From a virus: a stretch of DNA of 44,951 nt. Position 1 is the first letter of the stretch, and every line of letters begins with the position of its first letter. The translations under genes and the position numbers were made by a program. The stretch lies in UHGV virus genome UHGV-0212259; one strand, given 5' to 3'. The notes under the pieces were generated by a model. The model worked only from the letters and a program-made list of their open reading frames with translations. It had not been told where the DNA came from and did no database searches. Positions 23,243-33,683 of the stretch are shown here, piece after piece.

Positions 23243-25433
23243 TTTATTATACCTGGATACCGAGACGTTCTCTGGAGCGGACTTAAAGAAAGTCGGGTCG
23301 TATGCGTACGCGGAGCACCCAACGACAGAGGTTATAATTTGCACATATGCCGTTGATGATGGTCCTGTAGAAGTATGGGATTGCACTTCCGAACCAGTAA
23401 TGCCAATAAGCCTACGTGTTGCGCTCCGTAATGTTATGCGCGGACGTATGAAAATCGTGGGCCATAACTTTTTAATGTTCGACAGGCTCATCATGAAACA
23501 CTGCTGGGGCTTTGATATTCCGGTTAGCAACACCATCGATACGATGATTTGGGCGTTCCGCCACGCGTTGCCGGGTTCACTTGATGCGTTGTGCGAAGTG
23601 CTGGGCGTGTCTGCAGACAACGCGAAAGACAAACGCGGCAAGGCGCTGATTAAGCGTTTCTCTAAACCTACGCCGAAGAACTATAAAATCCGCCGTTACA
23701 CCGCAGAAACACATCCTGACGAGTGGGCGCTGTTCATCAAGTACGCCGTGAGCGACATCACCGCGATGCGTGAAGTCTTTCATAAGCTGCCGCGTTGGGG
23801 TAACTCCGAGTTCGAGGACCGTGTACTGGAACTTGACCAGTTAATCAATGACCGTGGGTTTAAGGTTGACGTTGCACTGGCGGAAGCCGCGATTGAAGCC
23901 GTGGAGAAGCACAAGGCACAGTTACAGGAAGAAGCCCAACGCAAATACGGCGGCTCGCTTACCGGTAAAGACTTTCTGCCGATTCTGCGTGAACTCGCCC
24001 CCGCGCACCGCATCCACAACGCGCAGAAGTCAACGCTTCATGACCTGCTGGCGGACGATGATTTACCTGACGACGCCCGCACGATTATCGAAATGCGCCT
24101 CGGGGCCGCGTCCACCGCATCAACGAAATATAACCCGCTGCTGTTAGGCCGCTCGTCGGACGACCGCCGTCGCGGTTGTTTACAGTATGGCGGGGCAAAA
24201 CGTACTCTGCGATGGGCGGGTAAAGGCTTCCAGCCGCAGAATCTCGCACGCGGGTACTATCACGATGATGAACTGGATAAAGGCATTTCAGCGTTACTTA
24301 AGGGCCGAGCGCATCGCCGTTTCGATGTGGCAAAACTGACGGCATCTACTGTGCGTAGCTGCATCATACCGGAAGAAGGGCATAAGTTTGTTGTTGCTGA
24401 CTACTCTAACGTTGAAGGTCGCGGGCTTGCGTGGCTGGCTGGGGAGGAAACCGCGCTTGATACGTTCCGCGCCGGGTTGGATATTTACTGTGTAACCGCG
24501 GGTAAGATGTTTGGCATGGACCCAGATGATATTAAGAAAAACTTCAAGGAAATCAGACAGATAGGCAAGGCTTGCGAGCTTGGCCTCGGCTATGAGGGGG
24601 GCGTCGGAGCGTTCGTTACGTTTGCTAAAAACTTAGGTCTTGACCTTATTGAGATGGCAAAAACAATGGACGGTACATTCCCGGACCACATATGGGCCGC
24701 TACCGCACGCGGGTACGAGTGGGCACGTATCCAGGAAGCAAAGCGGCCACCGCATCCAGGTGAAAAGGACGACAGACCATCGTATATCCTTGATAAGAAA
24801 GTGTGGCGTACCTGTGATGCTATCAAGCGCATGTGGCGCGAGTCACACCCGGAAACAGTAGCGTTCTGGCGCGACCTTAAAGACGGAATTTTAGCCGCTG
24901 TGCGCAATCCTGGTCGTGAATTTTGGGCGGGAGCACACTTGCGCAGGAATGGGGAAAGGGCTATCCGCATATGGCGTACTGTAGAATTTGATTCATCCGG
25001 CAGGAAGGTTCCTGGTTGGTGGTTATGCATGGAGTTGCCGTCGGGTCGCATCCTCTCGTATCCGGGAATCGGCGTTAGTGTGACAAAGGAAACAGACGAA
25101 GACGGACGGGTAAACACGAATGTGCGAATCAAGTATCAAGGCGAAAACCAGTTAACCCGCCAATGGACCACCCTGTACACACACGGCGGCAAGGCCTGCG
25201 AAAACATTGTTCAGGCGCTGTGCCGTGATTTACTTGCGTATGCGATGATTAACGTTGAGCTCGGCGGGTATCCTATCGTACTTTCGGTACACGATGAACT
25301 GGTATGTGAAACTCCAGATACGCCGGGTTACACGGTACATGATCTGGAAAAATTAATGTGCGCGTTGCCTGAGTGGGCAGAAGGCTTCCCTCTTGTGGCG
25401 GAAGGTGCGGAGATGAAGCGTTATGCTAAGTAA
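23235..25433 (+). CDS. DNA polymerase, family A, with 3'-5' exonuclease domain
   Basis: 732 aa; Exo I LYLDTETFS, Exo II VGHNFLMFD, Exo III YAVSDI; polymerase motif A VADYSNVEGRGLAW, motif B RQIGKACELGLGYEGG, motif C VHDELV. Confidence 0.9.
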   Translation: MTSLLYLDTETFSGADLKKVGSYAYAEHPTTEVIICTYAVDDGPVEVWDCTSEPVMPISLRVALRNVMRGRMKIVGHNFLMFDRLIMKHCWGFDIPVSNTIDTMIWAFRHALPGSLDALCEVLGVSADNAKDKRGKALIKRFSKPTPKNYKIRRYTAETHPDEWALFIKYAVSDITAMREVFHKLPRWGNSEFEDRVLELDQLINDRGFKVDVALAEAAIEAVEKHKAQLQEEAQRKYGGSLTGKDFLPILRELAPAHRIHNAQKSTLHDLLADDDLPDDARTIIEMRLGAASTASTKYNPLLLGRSSDDRRRGCLQYGGAKRTLRWAGKGFQPQNLARGYYHDDELDKGISALLKGRAHRRFDVAKLTASTVRSCIIPEEGHKFVVADYSNVEGRGLAWLAGEETALDTFRAGLDIYCVTAGKMFGMDPDDIKKNFKEIRQIGKACELGLGYEGGVGAFVTFAKNLGLDLIEMAKTMDGTFPDHIWAATARGYEWARIQEAKRPPHPGEKDDRPSYILDKKVWRTCDAIKRMWRESHPETVAFWRDLKDGILAAVRNPGREFWAGAHLRRNGERAIRIWRTVEFDSSGRKVPGWWLCMELPSGRILSYPGIGVSVTKETDEDGRVNTNVRIKYQGENQLTRQWTTLYTHGGKACENIVQALCRDLLAYAMINVELGGYPIVLSVHDELVCETPDTPGYTVHDLEKLMCALPEWAEGFPLVAEGAEMKRYAK

Positions 25434-25551
25434 ACTGATTATTGCGGTACTGGCGGGATTCGCCGCCGGTGTCTACTGTCACGAGGGGCAATACGGCATG
25501 ATGGTTGCCGTATTATGTATGTTCATCGCAATTTATCTGTGGGTGCTGGAA
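25420..25551 (+). CDS. Small hydrophobic peptide (43 aa)
   Basis: ATG ORF MLSKLIIAVLAGFAAGVYCHEG... overlapping the polymerase stop; below ORF-track cutoff. Confidence 0.25.
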
Positions 25552-25636
25552 TGAAAATTTACTGGTTATACGAAGAAGACTGTCGAATCTGTCCGCGCTG
25601 CGGTATTGAACATACGAAACGTGAGGGGTGCGTATT

Positions 25637-25831
25637 ATGAGTAACAAGCCATTTAGTAAGAAACTAGCTGCGTTAGTGGATATGCCGGAATGGGAATTTA
25701 TCATGGTAATGGGTGATGGGTTCTTTAGTGACGTTTGTGCGGGGTGCACACACAAAGGTGTTTACTATTCGGAACACGACATCTATCAAGCGTACTTCCT
25801 GCGTAACCCGGATGCGGAGCCTTTGCTGTGA
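25637..25831 (+). CDS. Hypothetical protein
   Basis: About 64 aa from ATG 25637 (MSNKPFSKK...). Confidence 0.35.
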   Translation: MSNKPFSKKLAALVDMPEWEFIMVMGDGFFSDVCAGCTHKGVYYSEHDIYQAYFLRNPDAEPLL

Positions 25832-26112
25832 CCCCGGAAGGCAAGATTCAGAAATACGCAAAAGACCGATTCGAGGCCATTGGTGGCCTCGTTCGTAAAC
25901 TTTCCTACGAAGGACGTTCCGGTGCTCCTGACCTGCTGGTGATTCTCCCCGGCGGTATAATCTGGTTTGTCGAGGTGAAGAAAGACGAAAACACGAAGCC
26001 AGACCCGCACCAGTTACGTGAGCACGAGCGGATGCGTAAACGTGGTGCGAATGTTTTTGTCGTTGGTTCGTTTAAACAGGTTGACGACCTAATAGCGAAC
26101 TATTATAGTTAG
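25828..26112 (+). CDS. VRR-NUC domain nuclease
   Basis: 94 aa; PD-(D/E)XK signature GAPDLLVIL...WFVEVKK characteristic of VRR-NUC. Confidence 0.65.
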   Translation: MTPEGKIQKYAKDRFEAIGGLVRKLSYEGRSGAPDLLVILPGGIIWFVEVKKDENTKPDPHQLREHERMRKRGANVFVVGSFKQVDDLIANYYS

Positions 26113-26142
26113 TCATACACCAACAATATAAGGAATTGAGAA

Positions 26143-26334
26143 ATGAAACACGAATATGACCGCAAACCAGCACGTGACATCGTACCTGGCGACATGATTT
26201 TCAACGTTAAGACCCGCCAGCCTGTTGCCGTTGATACGGTGTACGTCGAGTCGAACGGTAAACTGGTTATCGAAGACGTAACCGGTAACGTTACGGCGTT
26301 CGGGCGTAAAGAGTTAGTTCTGGTGGCGAAATGA
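26143..26334 (+). CDS. Hypothetical protein
   Basis: 63 aa ORF with AAGGAA SD. Confidence 0.4.
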   Translation: MKHEYDRKPARDIVPGDMIFNVKTRQPVAVDTVYVESNGKLVIEDVTGNVTAFGRKELVLVAK

Positions 26335-26828
26335 ACAAATTAACAAGAAGGCCTGATATTGAGGAGGCGAAACGTCTTCTTAACTATGACCCCGAAACAG
26401 GTATATTTACACGAAAAGTAAGCATTAAAGGGAGAAATGCGGGGGAGGTAGCCGGAGGGCCAAACGACAAAGGATACATAGTTATTACAGTCTCCGGTGT
26501 AAGAATAAAAGCCCACCATCTGGCATGGGCTTTCGTCTACGGAGAATATCATAACGGTGAGCTTGACCATAAAGACCGTAACAGGGCTAATAACGCCATA
26601 AATAATATAAGGCCAGCAGCCAGGAGCCAGCAGATTCAGAACCGAGACTGCTCATCACATAACACTAGCGGCGCGATAGGGGTTTACCAAATATCCTCTG
26701 GCAGGTGGCGCGCCAGAATAGGCGTCAATAACAAATACATCCACCTTGGCTATTTTGATACTATAGAAGAAGCGTCGCGCGTATACCAAAGAGCCGCGGA
26801 AATATACTTCGGGGAGTTCAAGGCATGA
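26331..26828 (+). CDS. HNH homing endonuclease with AP2-like domain (copy 2)
   Basis: YDPETGIFT...HHLAW...DHKDRNRANNAINNIR; paralog of 22769..23242; inserted between VRR-NUC region and SNF2 helicase. Confidence 0.65.
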   Translation: MNKLTRRPDIEEAKRLLNYDPETGIFTRKVSIKGRNAGEVAGGPNDKGYIVITVSGVRIKAHHLAWAFVYGEYHNGELDHKDRNRANNAINNIRPAARSQQIQNRDCSSHNTSGAIGVYQISSGRWRARIGVNNKYIHLGYFDTIEEASRVYQRAAEIYFGEFKA

Positions 26829-28249
26829 GTAAGTTTAGGCGCAGGGAATATCAGAAAATAATGACGTCGTTTATGCTACAGCACCCACGTTGCAATATCT
26901 GGTGCGGTATGGGCGGCGGCAAGACCTCGTCGACGATGTGGGTTCTCAATCGACTGTTCCGCAATGGCCAACTTAATGACGACGACCGAGTGTTAATCCT
27001 TGCCCCATTGCGAGTTGCATCTGGCACGTGGCCCGCAGAACAAACTAAGTGGGGTTTCCCGTGTCTTCGTGTCGTCGATGCAACTGGTTCGGAGAAGCGC
27101 CGCATCGCGGCGCTGGAGTCAGACGCTAACGTGGTGTGCACGAACTACGAAGTTATCGAGTGGCTCATTGACTACTACGGCAAAGACGACTGGCCTTTTA
27201 CGGTTATCGTCGCCGATGAAAGCACGAAGCTGAAATCGTTCCGCAGCCGTTCTGGCGGGAGCAAGCGGGCAAAGGCGCTCAGTAAAGTGGCGTTCGGCAA
27301 GGTTAAGCGGTTCATTAACCTGACAGGCACACCATCGCCAAATGGCCTCAAGGACTTGTGGGGGCAGAACTGGTTTATCGACGCTGGCGAGCGCCTCGGT
27401 TCTTCGTACACGGCATTCACCGACCGCTGGTTCAACTCGGTACAGAAAGGGAAATCCGCGATGGCGCGTGAGTATCATGCACGCCCCGGCGCAGATAATG
27501 AGATTCACCAGAAGATGAAAGACATCAGCCTTACGATTGACGCCGCTGAGTGGTTCGGATGTGAAGCGCCGATTATTGTACCGGTTGAAATAGACCTGCC
27601 GAAGAAGGCGCGTCAGGCGTACATCGATATGGAGGAGAAATTATTCGCGGAACTGGAGAGCGGAGAAGTCGAAGCGGCTAACGCTGCAGCTAAGACGTCG
27701 AAGTGCCTACAGATTGCATCCGGCGCTGTATATGTATCGGGGCCAGACGGAGAAGCAACGAAAGACTGGGAGAAAGTGCACGACACGAAACTGGATGCGC
27801 TGGAGTCCATCGTTGAGGAGTTACAGGGCGCTCCGTTACTGGTGGCTTATCAGTTCAAGCACGAACTGGAGCGCATCCTTAAGCGATTCCCTCAGGCGCA
27901 GGCGTTTGCCAAAGGTGCTAAGGGTAATAAGCAGATGGAAGCGTGGAACCGAGGTGAAATCGAAATCTTGTGCGTACACCCTGCGTCAGCCGGTCATGGT
28001 TTGAATTTACAGGACGGCGGTCACCATCTGGCGTTTATTTCACAAGGTTGGAACCTTGAGCACTATTTGCAGGTGGTTGAGCGTATAGGCCCTGTCCGCC
28101 AGAAGCAGGCAGGGCACGAGCGCCCGGTGTTCCTCTACCACATCGTTGCTAAAGACACTCTTGACGAGGTTGTCGCCGCTCGTACAGACGAGAAAAGGTC
28201 TGTGCAGGACGAACTACTTAATTATATGAAGAGAAGGAGTAAGAAATGA
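26825..28249 (+). CDS. SNF2/DEAD-like superfamily II helicase
   Basis: 474 aa; motif II VIVADESTKLKS; C-terminal helicase motifs (GHGLNLQ, QVVERIGPVRQ). Confidence 0.75.
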   Translation: MSKFRRREYQKIMTSFMLQHPRCNIWCGMGGGKTSSTMWVLNRLFRNGQLNDDDRVLILAPLRVASGTWPAEQTKWGFPCLRVVDATGSEKRRIAALESDANVVCTNYEVIEWLIDYYGKDDWPFTVIVADESTKLKSFRSRSGGSKRAKALSKVAFGKVKRFINLTGTPSPNGLKDLWGQNWFIDAGERLGSSYTAFTDRWFNSVQKGKSAMAREYHARPGADNEIHQKMKDISLTIDAAEWFGCEAPIIVPVEIDLPKKARQAYIDMEEKLFAELESGEVEAANAAAKTSKCLQIASGAVYVSGPDGEATKDWEKVHDTKLDALESIVEELQGAPLLVAYQFKHELERILKRFPQAQAFAKGAKGNKQMEAWNRGEIEILCVHPASAGHGLNLQDGGHHLAFISQGWNLEHYLQVVERIGPVRQKQAGHERPVFLYHIVAKDTLDEVVAARTDEKRSVQDELLNYMKRRSKK

Positions 28250-28761
28250 TGGATTGCGAGGAGTTACTACTTAAGGCGCATCTGCTGTCACGGGGTTTTG
28301 ACGCGGACTGTTTACGTGTGGTCTTAGGCTCTGGAGTAGCTACGTTTTACCTGTGGGGGTTTGATGGTAGGCTTCGCGGATACCAGCACTACAAACCACA
28401 TGCGGAAAAGAACTGTAAAAACCCTAAAGACGCGAGGTACTTTACCAGAACAACAAGGCCGTGTTTATGGGGGCTTGAGTATTTGCCGGATAGCGGGGTG
28501 GTATTTGTTACCGAAAGCATATTCAAAGCCGTAGCCTTGATGAATTGCGGGTTCAACGCCGTAAGCGCACTGGGGTCGAATATACCAGCCGACTTACGGC
28601 AGCAAATGTCACTTTTGCCGTATGAATGGGTGTGCGCCGGTGACAATGATAAAGCGGGCTTAAAGTTCAGCAAAACATTCACCAGAGGATTTGTATCTAA
28701 CGACCTCGATGAACTTTGTGAGGAAGAAATAACGTATCTTGCGAGGAAATTTACCAGATGA
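28246..28761 (+). CDS. Toprim-like domain protein (putative)
   Basis: 171 aa; acidic motifs VFVTESIFKA and CAGDNDKAG spaced as in Toprim folds; weak. Confidence 0.35.
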   Translation: MMDCEELLLKAHLLSRGFDADCLRVVLGSGVATFYLWGFDGRLRGYQHYKPHAEKNCKNPKDARYFTRTTRPCLWGLEYLPDSGVVFVTESIFKAVALMNCGFNAVSALGSNIPADLRQQMSLLPYEWVCAGDNDKAGLKFSKTFTRGFVSNDLDELCEEEITYLARKFTR

Positions 28762-28895
28762 ACACCATAGCCCCGATTCCTGCATTGCAAAAACGTATCA
28801 AGGAACTTGAGGAGGAGGTTCTACGACTACGGCAGCAAAGAGATGCCGCTAATGCACAACTGGCGTTTGTACTGGAGAAGTTATCAGAAGAGTAG
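28758..28895 (+). CDS. Small coiled-coil protein (45 aa)
   Basis: ATG ORF MNTIAPIPALQKRIKELEEEVLRLRQQRD...; last gene before the bidirectional terminator. Confidence 0.3.
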   Translation: MNTIAPIPALQKRIKELEEEVLRLRQQRDAANAQLAFVLEKLSEE

Positions 28896-28926
28896 AGAAA
28901 AGGCCCCAAACGGGGCCTTAGTTTTA
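28896..28926. terminator. Bidirectional rho-independent terminator between replication block and tail fibre gene
   Basis: A-run, hairpin AGGCCCC-aaac-GGGGCCT (28901..28918), T-rich tail. Confidence 0.6.
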
Positions 28927-30759
28927 AGCTTTTAACCCATATATAATAACTTCAACAGTTATAGCCGACCATGAAGTGTTGCCTTTTGCCGATGACGCAC
29001 ACAAGGAAAAACTAGATAATGTTTTATCTGTAACACTGAACACAGGGCAAATGGATTGCAGCTGACTGAATGTACCTTCAAGCGTAGCTGCAACAGTGTA
29101 ATTGGTGTTCATATTAAAAGGGAGTGTTACAACTGCCGCACCAGCGTCTCCCGAAGTCCTAGATACGGATATAGACCTTCTAATTACAAACTGCCCATTT
29201 CGCAACCCAGATAAAGTGAGATCTGTCCATCCGTCAACGATATCAGATTCTGTAAATCCAATACCAACTTGGTCGTTGCTAGTAATAAATCGCGTACCAT
29301 CATACGTCCTTTTTAAAACTCTTGAATTACTCCCTAAGTAAAACTCTTTAGGCATGGCGCTACGACATGTGACGTTTGTTAAATCAAAATAATTATGGTC
29401 AGCAGCATCCAAAATTAATGTATCTACATTTACTGTTCTAATGTTTTTCAGAACCACTTGTGAGTATGATGTATTCGAAGCCATGCTAAGTAATGCAGCT
29501 GGCGCGGCGGATAAAGAAGGATCGTTGAACGCGTTATGGTCTTCTATGCTTAGCGCAACCAAGCCGTCCACGTAGAATACTGAATCTGCACCTGATTGCT
29601 CTGAGCCGCACCCTTTCATACTGAACGTAGCTAAATCGGTTCCTGCAGGGCCGCCTTTAAAGTAATAACCCCAGCGCGTGGTCTTATCACATACGCAATT
29701 TACTATCGACGAATACCCACCGCCTAAATAATACCCTCGCTCCATCTGGTCCGCATAGCATTCACTGATATTAGTACTCGTCCCAGTCTTCTTGAAAAAA
29801 CCAGTATCTACAATACTGCGCGCGACACATCGCTCTATCCGGCATATCCATGATCCAATGTCGTACCATCCAAATGTGAACCCAGTAAAAAAGCAGTCAT
29901 GGATATAGCTATTCTCGGTTTGCCCAACATAAATAGCGTATTCAGCACCAACTGGTGATTCGAAGCGCAATCCACTAATGCGGCAATACTTACTCTGGTT
30001 AGTGTCATTCAGAACTACCATCGCGGCGTTAACGTTAAAATCATCGCCAAAGGCATCAGGTGCGGTAATTCCAGTTTTTTCCAGAGAATCCATGATAAGT
30101 ACAGCAGCACCTCCGTGCCCTTCAATCTCATAGTTATAAAATCCCTGGTTGCGATATAGCAATGGCTTGGTGATTCGATAGCGCCGGGATGGAATGACTA
30201 GCTTTCTATTGTTAATCTGGCAATAATCCATTGCGGCCTGTATTGCAACTGAGTCATCTGCAACGCCGTCGCCAATAGCGCCAAACATAGCGGGCGTTAC
30301 CACATCTACCCCTTGCGCCACAGTACCACCTTGCGGGAGTCCGATCATATCGGCACCTTGTGCGGACCCTAACTCCGTACGCAAATCCGGGTTTGTCTGC
30401 GGTTTCCAGTTAGCGTTCCCTACCGGGTTAAACGATGCAGGGACAACAACCGGAAGCGTACCTGCGTATGAGTACCATGTTTTACTCACAGGGTCGTAGA
30501 CAACTTTGTCGCGGTCATTAACTGTTAACGTACCGCCAGTGGAGAAATCCCACGATACGGGAGAAAAACCAGCATCACGCAACACGGCGGGTAACGTCTT
30601 CTGGGTCTGTCCCGTAACCTGATTAGTTGCGTAATCGATATCAGCGCCACCAGCAACACCACCGGATTTACCGGTGATAACTTCGGCTTCGAAAATCTGG
30701 TGTTTCTTGGCGGTCTGTAAATCCGCCAGGCTTAAAACGTCACCGCATCCGCTTGACAT
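28924..30759 (-). CDS. Tail fibre / tailspike protein (receptor-binding)
   Basis: 611 aa; last gene of tail block; Gly/Asn/Thr-rich beta-type composition; function by position. Confidence 0.55.
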   Translation of the reverse strand: MSSGCGDVLSLADLQTAKKHQIFEAEVITGKSGGVAGGADIDYATNQVTGQTQKTLPAVLRDAGFSPVSWDFSTGGTLTVNDRDKVVYDPVSKTWYSYAGTLPVVVPASFNPVGNANWKPQTNPDLRTELGSAQGADMIGLPQGGTVAQGVDVVTPAMFGAIGDGVADDSVAIQAAMDYCQINNRKLVIPSRRYRITKPLLYRNQGFYNYEIEGHGGAAVLIMDSLEKTGITAPDAFGDDFNVNAAMVVLNDTNQSKYCRISGLRFESPVGAEYAIYVGQTENSYIHDCFFTGFTFGWYDIGSWICRIERCVARSIVDTGFFKKTGTSTNISECYADQMERGYYLGGGYSSIVNCVCDKTTRWGYYFKGGPAGTDLATFSMKGCGSEQSGADSVFYVDGLVALSIEDHNAFNDPSLSAAPAALLSMASNTSYSQVVLKNIRTVNVDTLILDAADHNYFDLTNVTCRSAMPKEFYLGSNSRVLKRTYDGTRFITSNDQVGIGFTESDIVDGWTDLTLSGLRNGQFVIRRSISVSRTSGDAGAAVVTLPFNMNTNYTVAATLEGTFSQLQSICPVFSVTDKTLSSFSLCASSAKGNTSWSAITVEVIIYGLKA

Positions 30760-30771
30760 ATAGAGTCCTCT

Positions 30772-33327
30772 TTAACTAAAACCGTTGCTGAATCCGCCGG
30801 AGAAACCGCTGCCGTATGGCGCGACGCCGTCGTATTTATAGAATCCGTCGTCATAGTTGTAGCCAGTAATCTTGACCGTGCGGTCGTCGCCCGGGTCGAT
30901 TGAAGAAACAACTATCTTCTGAGCATTATGCCTTGCTTCGTTGCCGAATGAAAACTCAGTTTTTAGTGCGCTATTCCCCGTGTAGATTGCCTCCTCCGGC
31001 GCGGAGAGCATAATCACTTCGCGGTCGTGGCTTCCTTTGATAACAGAAATACTCTGCACGGAGCCATCGCGCTTCTTGAGGATGATGGAGTGGTCGTCAC
31101 CGGGAGTAAACGTAACAGGCTGGGACAGCGTCAGCGTAAGCCCATTAACGGCAACAATGTAACCATCCTGCGGCGCAATGCGTGAGCCTTTAACTACGCT
31201 GATTACCCCTCCGGGCGTAGCGAGCGCACCCTCTTCCGTAGCTTCGAACTCTACGACAACTTTACTTAACGCGTTGCGTTGGTAGCGACGCCACGCCAGC
31301 CAGTATGCCTGTTGGTAGTTACGCACGCCCTTCGATTCGTATTCCTCGGTGTTTGCGCCGAGTTCTTCCGGGATATAAATCGTTTCCTGTACGTTTGTAT
31401 CCGGGTCAATGTACGAGAACGAAAGGCTATCGTATGTCGTGGAATCATTGAACGTGCGCGTCCATTTCTCCGTACCGGTCGTTTTACTGCGGTGGGTGAA
31501 CACCATTTCAGGCCCCGCAACCGGACGGTCGAATCGCAGCATAATAGCGCCTTTACGGTACGCGGTGCAGAACACGGCTTCCGCTATGGTCTGGACGATG
31601 TCCTGCATCGTGGTGTCGTAGTCGTCGAATGTGTAGCAGAATTGCCCGGCCAATTCGCTACCAAAATAGGACTCAATTTCTTCCTGCACAGCAAGTAACT
31701 TGTCCATGTTTGCCGTCGTCAGTTCCAGATTGCCCACTGCAGGGTCGCGCGCCAGTCGAATTAGTGACTGCACAGCCTGGGTATTTGGCGACATTACTGT
31801 ATCGAACACCCCATTGCCTAAGTATTTGTAGCACATCTCGGTCGCAATCATGCGCAGTTCCGGGTTGTCTATGCTGGCGGCACGTGGCGTCTGTTTACGG
31901 GCGCAATGTACGGTAGTTCTGTTGCCGTAGTGTGGGGTGGTGTCGAGTGATTGCCCATAAAGGTTGATGAAGGTTATCTCGTCGCTTACCGTTCCGTCGT
32001 AGTCCTTATCAAAATTCGTTATACGGCGCATACGGGCGCGGAAACGCGATGCGGTAGGCAACTGCCCATAAATGGTCGTACCGACGTAATCCGTGCTATT
32101 ACCGGTAATCGTAGCCTGTACCGTGTAGATATCGCTCAACGGGTTGCGTTGAGAATCAATCATCTGGTACTGGAGTTCTACGGTTACGCTGGTGCGGTTA
32201 TAGCCGCCGTCGTATTTGTAGAGACCGTTTTGCCCTGCAACGTTAACGAGCACCCGGTCAACTTCTCCCCGCACCATGTAGTACCAGTCTGAAAGCGAGG
32301 GTTCATAAGTGTCTTTAGGCCCGATAAACGTGATTGATTGCTCGGTCAGGTTGTAGGTGGTGCTTCCGAGGTTAGGCCATTGGTTAGTACCGCCTGTAGC
32401 TATTCTCACCTCAAAATCGTCCACGTAAAGAACTTCAAACTCCCCGTCTAAAACGGCAACGTCCTTAACCCAAAATTCAGTTAAGACCGCGATGTCTCCG
32501 ACGTTAAGAAACTCGGTGAAGGCGGAATCCCCAGAGCTATCATATATGTAGCCTATTTTAGTTGACGAGTCATAACGAACTTTCCCGTCGGCGCTTGGGT
32601 TAGCCCCAATGTCGTTTGGAGCTTTCAGTACAATACCGTCAACGTCGTCGTTGGAGTATGTCACATAGAGTTTCTGGTCAATGACGTCGCCGATTTGTAG
32701 TTGCGGAGATGTGGTGTTGTTCGGCGACGTATACGGCGCATACACGGCAACAGAGGAACCTGTGATGTCGCTTATCAGGGTGTCACCTTCCGTGACGCCA
32801 TCAGCCTCAATATACAGATGCCCGCGCCCTGCGTCGTAGTATGAATACTCCAGCAAAGCACCGGTGGAGTTGAACGCCTTATACGTCTGCATCAGGTCGT
32901 TAGGGATTGTCTGTACAGTCCCGCAGATGTCATAAGAGCGCTCGTAAGGGCGTGGTTTGTTGGAGCGGTCTGTGAGGCTGTTATTTGGTGATGTTGTCTG
33001 GTTGTTAGTCGCCGTGTAGTTGGCGTTGGTGGCTGTGTTAAGGCCGAACAACTTGGCAATTGGCTTAAGGATAAAACCAAATACCTTACTAACGGCACCA
33101 AGCGCCCCGCTACCCGCTCCCTCAATAATGTGGTACACGGCGTCCTCGTCTTTAAGCGCATCGAAGTCGTCCGTTACGTCTGTATCATCACCAATTTCGC
33201 CGAGGTAGACGCGCACAGGCACGCCGTCAGGAATACGGTTAACGACAAACTCCATCGGCGTCCCGACGTGTTTTGTACGGTCGAAAGCGCCATCAGCGTT
33301 TCGCGTGTAGTGCAGGATTATCGCCAA
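30772..33327 (-). CDS. Tail tip / central fibre protein (host-specificity J-like)
   Basis: 851 aa downstream of NlpC/P60-like tail assembly gene; position in tail module. Confidence 0.55.
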   Translation of the reverse strand: MAIILHYTRNADGAFDRTKHVGTPMEFVVNRIPDGVPVRVYLGEIGDDTDVTDDFDALKDEDAVYHIIEGAGSGALGAVSKVFGFILKPIAKLFGLNTATNANYTATNNQTTSPNNSLTDRSNKPRPYERSYDICGTVQTIPNDLMQTYKAFNSTGALLEYSYYDAGRGHLYIEADGVTEGDTLISDITGSSVAVYAPYTSPNNTTSPQLQIGDVIDQKLYVTYSNDDVDGIVLKAPNDIGANPSADGKVRYDSSTKIGYIYDSSGDSAFTEFLNVGDIAVLTEFWVKDVAVLDGEFEVLYVDDFEVRIATGGTNQWPNLGSTTYNLTEQSITFIGPKDTYEPSLSDWYYMVRGEVDRVLVNVAGQNGLYKYDGGYNRTSVTVELQYQMIDSQRNPLSDIYTVQATITGNSTDYVGTTIYGQLPTASRFRARMRRITNFDKDYDGTVSDEITFINLYGQSLDTTPHYGNRTTVHCARKQTPRAASIDNPELRMIATEMCYKYLGNGVFDTVMSPNTQAVQSLIRLARDPAVGNLELTTANMDKLLAVQEEIESYFGSELAGQFCYTFDDYDTTMQDIVQTIAEAVFCTAYRKGAIMLRFDRPVAGPEMVFTHRSKTTGTEKWTRTFNDSTTYDSLSFSYIDPDTNVQETIYIPEELGANTEEYESKGVRNYQQAYWLAWRRYQRNALSKVVVEFEATEEGALATPGGVISVVKGSRIAPQDGYIVAVNGLTLTLSQPVTFTPGDDHSIILKKRDGSVQSISVIKGSHDREVIMLSAPEEAIYTGNSALKTEFSFGNEARHNAQKIVVSSIDPGDDRTVKITGYNYDDGFYKYDGVAPYGSGFSGGFSNGFS

Positions 33328-33683
33328 AATTCAATCTCCGTGTACGTGTCTCTGAGGTCCGCCAGCCTGTCAAGCCGCACCTGACGTGAAGCAAGCTCGC
33401 AATGACTCACCATCCCGTCGAAGTAAACCCCCGCATGCCACACGATACGACCGCCGCGTCGATACCCCATAAGCACCGCGCAGAAGTTTTCAGGCTTATC
33501 AATCTTCGTAAGCCCCTTCGTGTCACGGTGGCCTTCGTCAAACGCTTCGTTAATTGCCGTTGGGCTTGTAACGTCGAACGCCGGTGTTTCTAACCCGGCA
33601 TCCGCGCGGACAATGCGCACGTGATGCCAGCAATTGCGTTTGCGAAAGTCGTAAGGTATGCCCGTGTAGTCGTTAATATTCAT
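33318..33683 (-). CDS. Tail assembly protein with NlpC/P60-like cysteine peptidase signature (lambda K-like)
   Basis: 121 aa; candidate catalytic Cys in RKRNCWHHV with downstream His residues; position before tail tip gene. Confidence 0.5.
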   Translation of the reverse strand: MNINDYTGIPYDFRKRNCWHHVRIVRADAGLETPAFDVTSPTAINEAFDEGHRDTKGLTKIDKPENFCAVLMGYRRGGRIVWHAGVYFDGMVSHCELASRQVRLDRLADLRDTYTEIEFWR

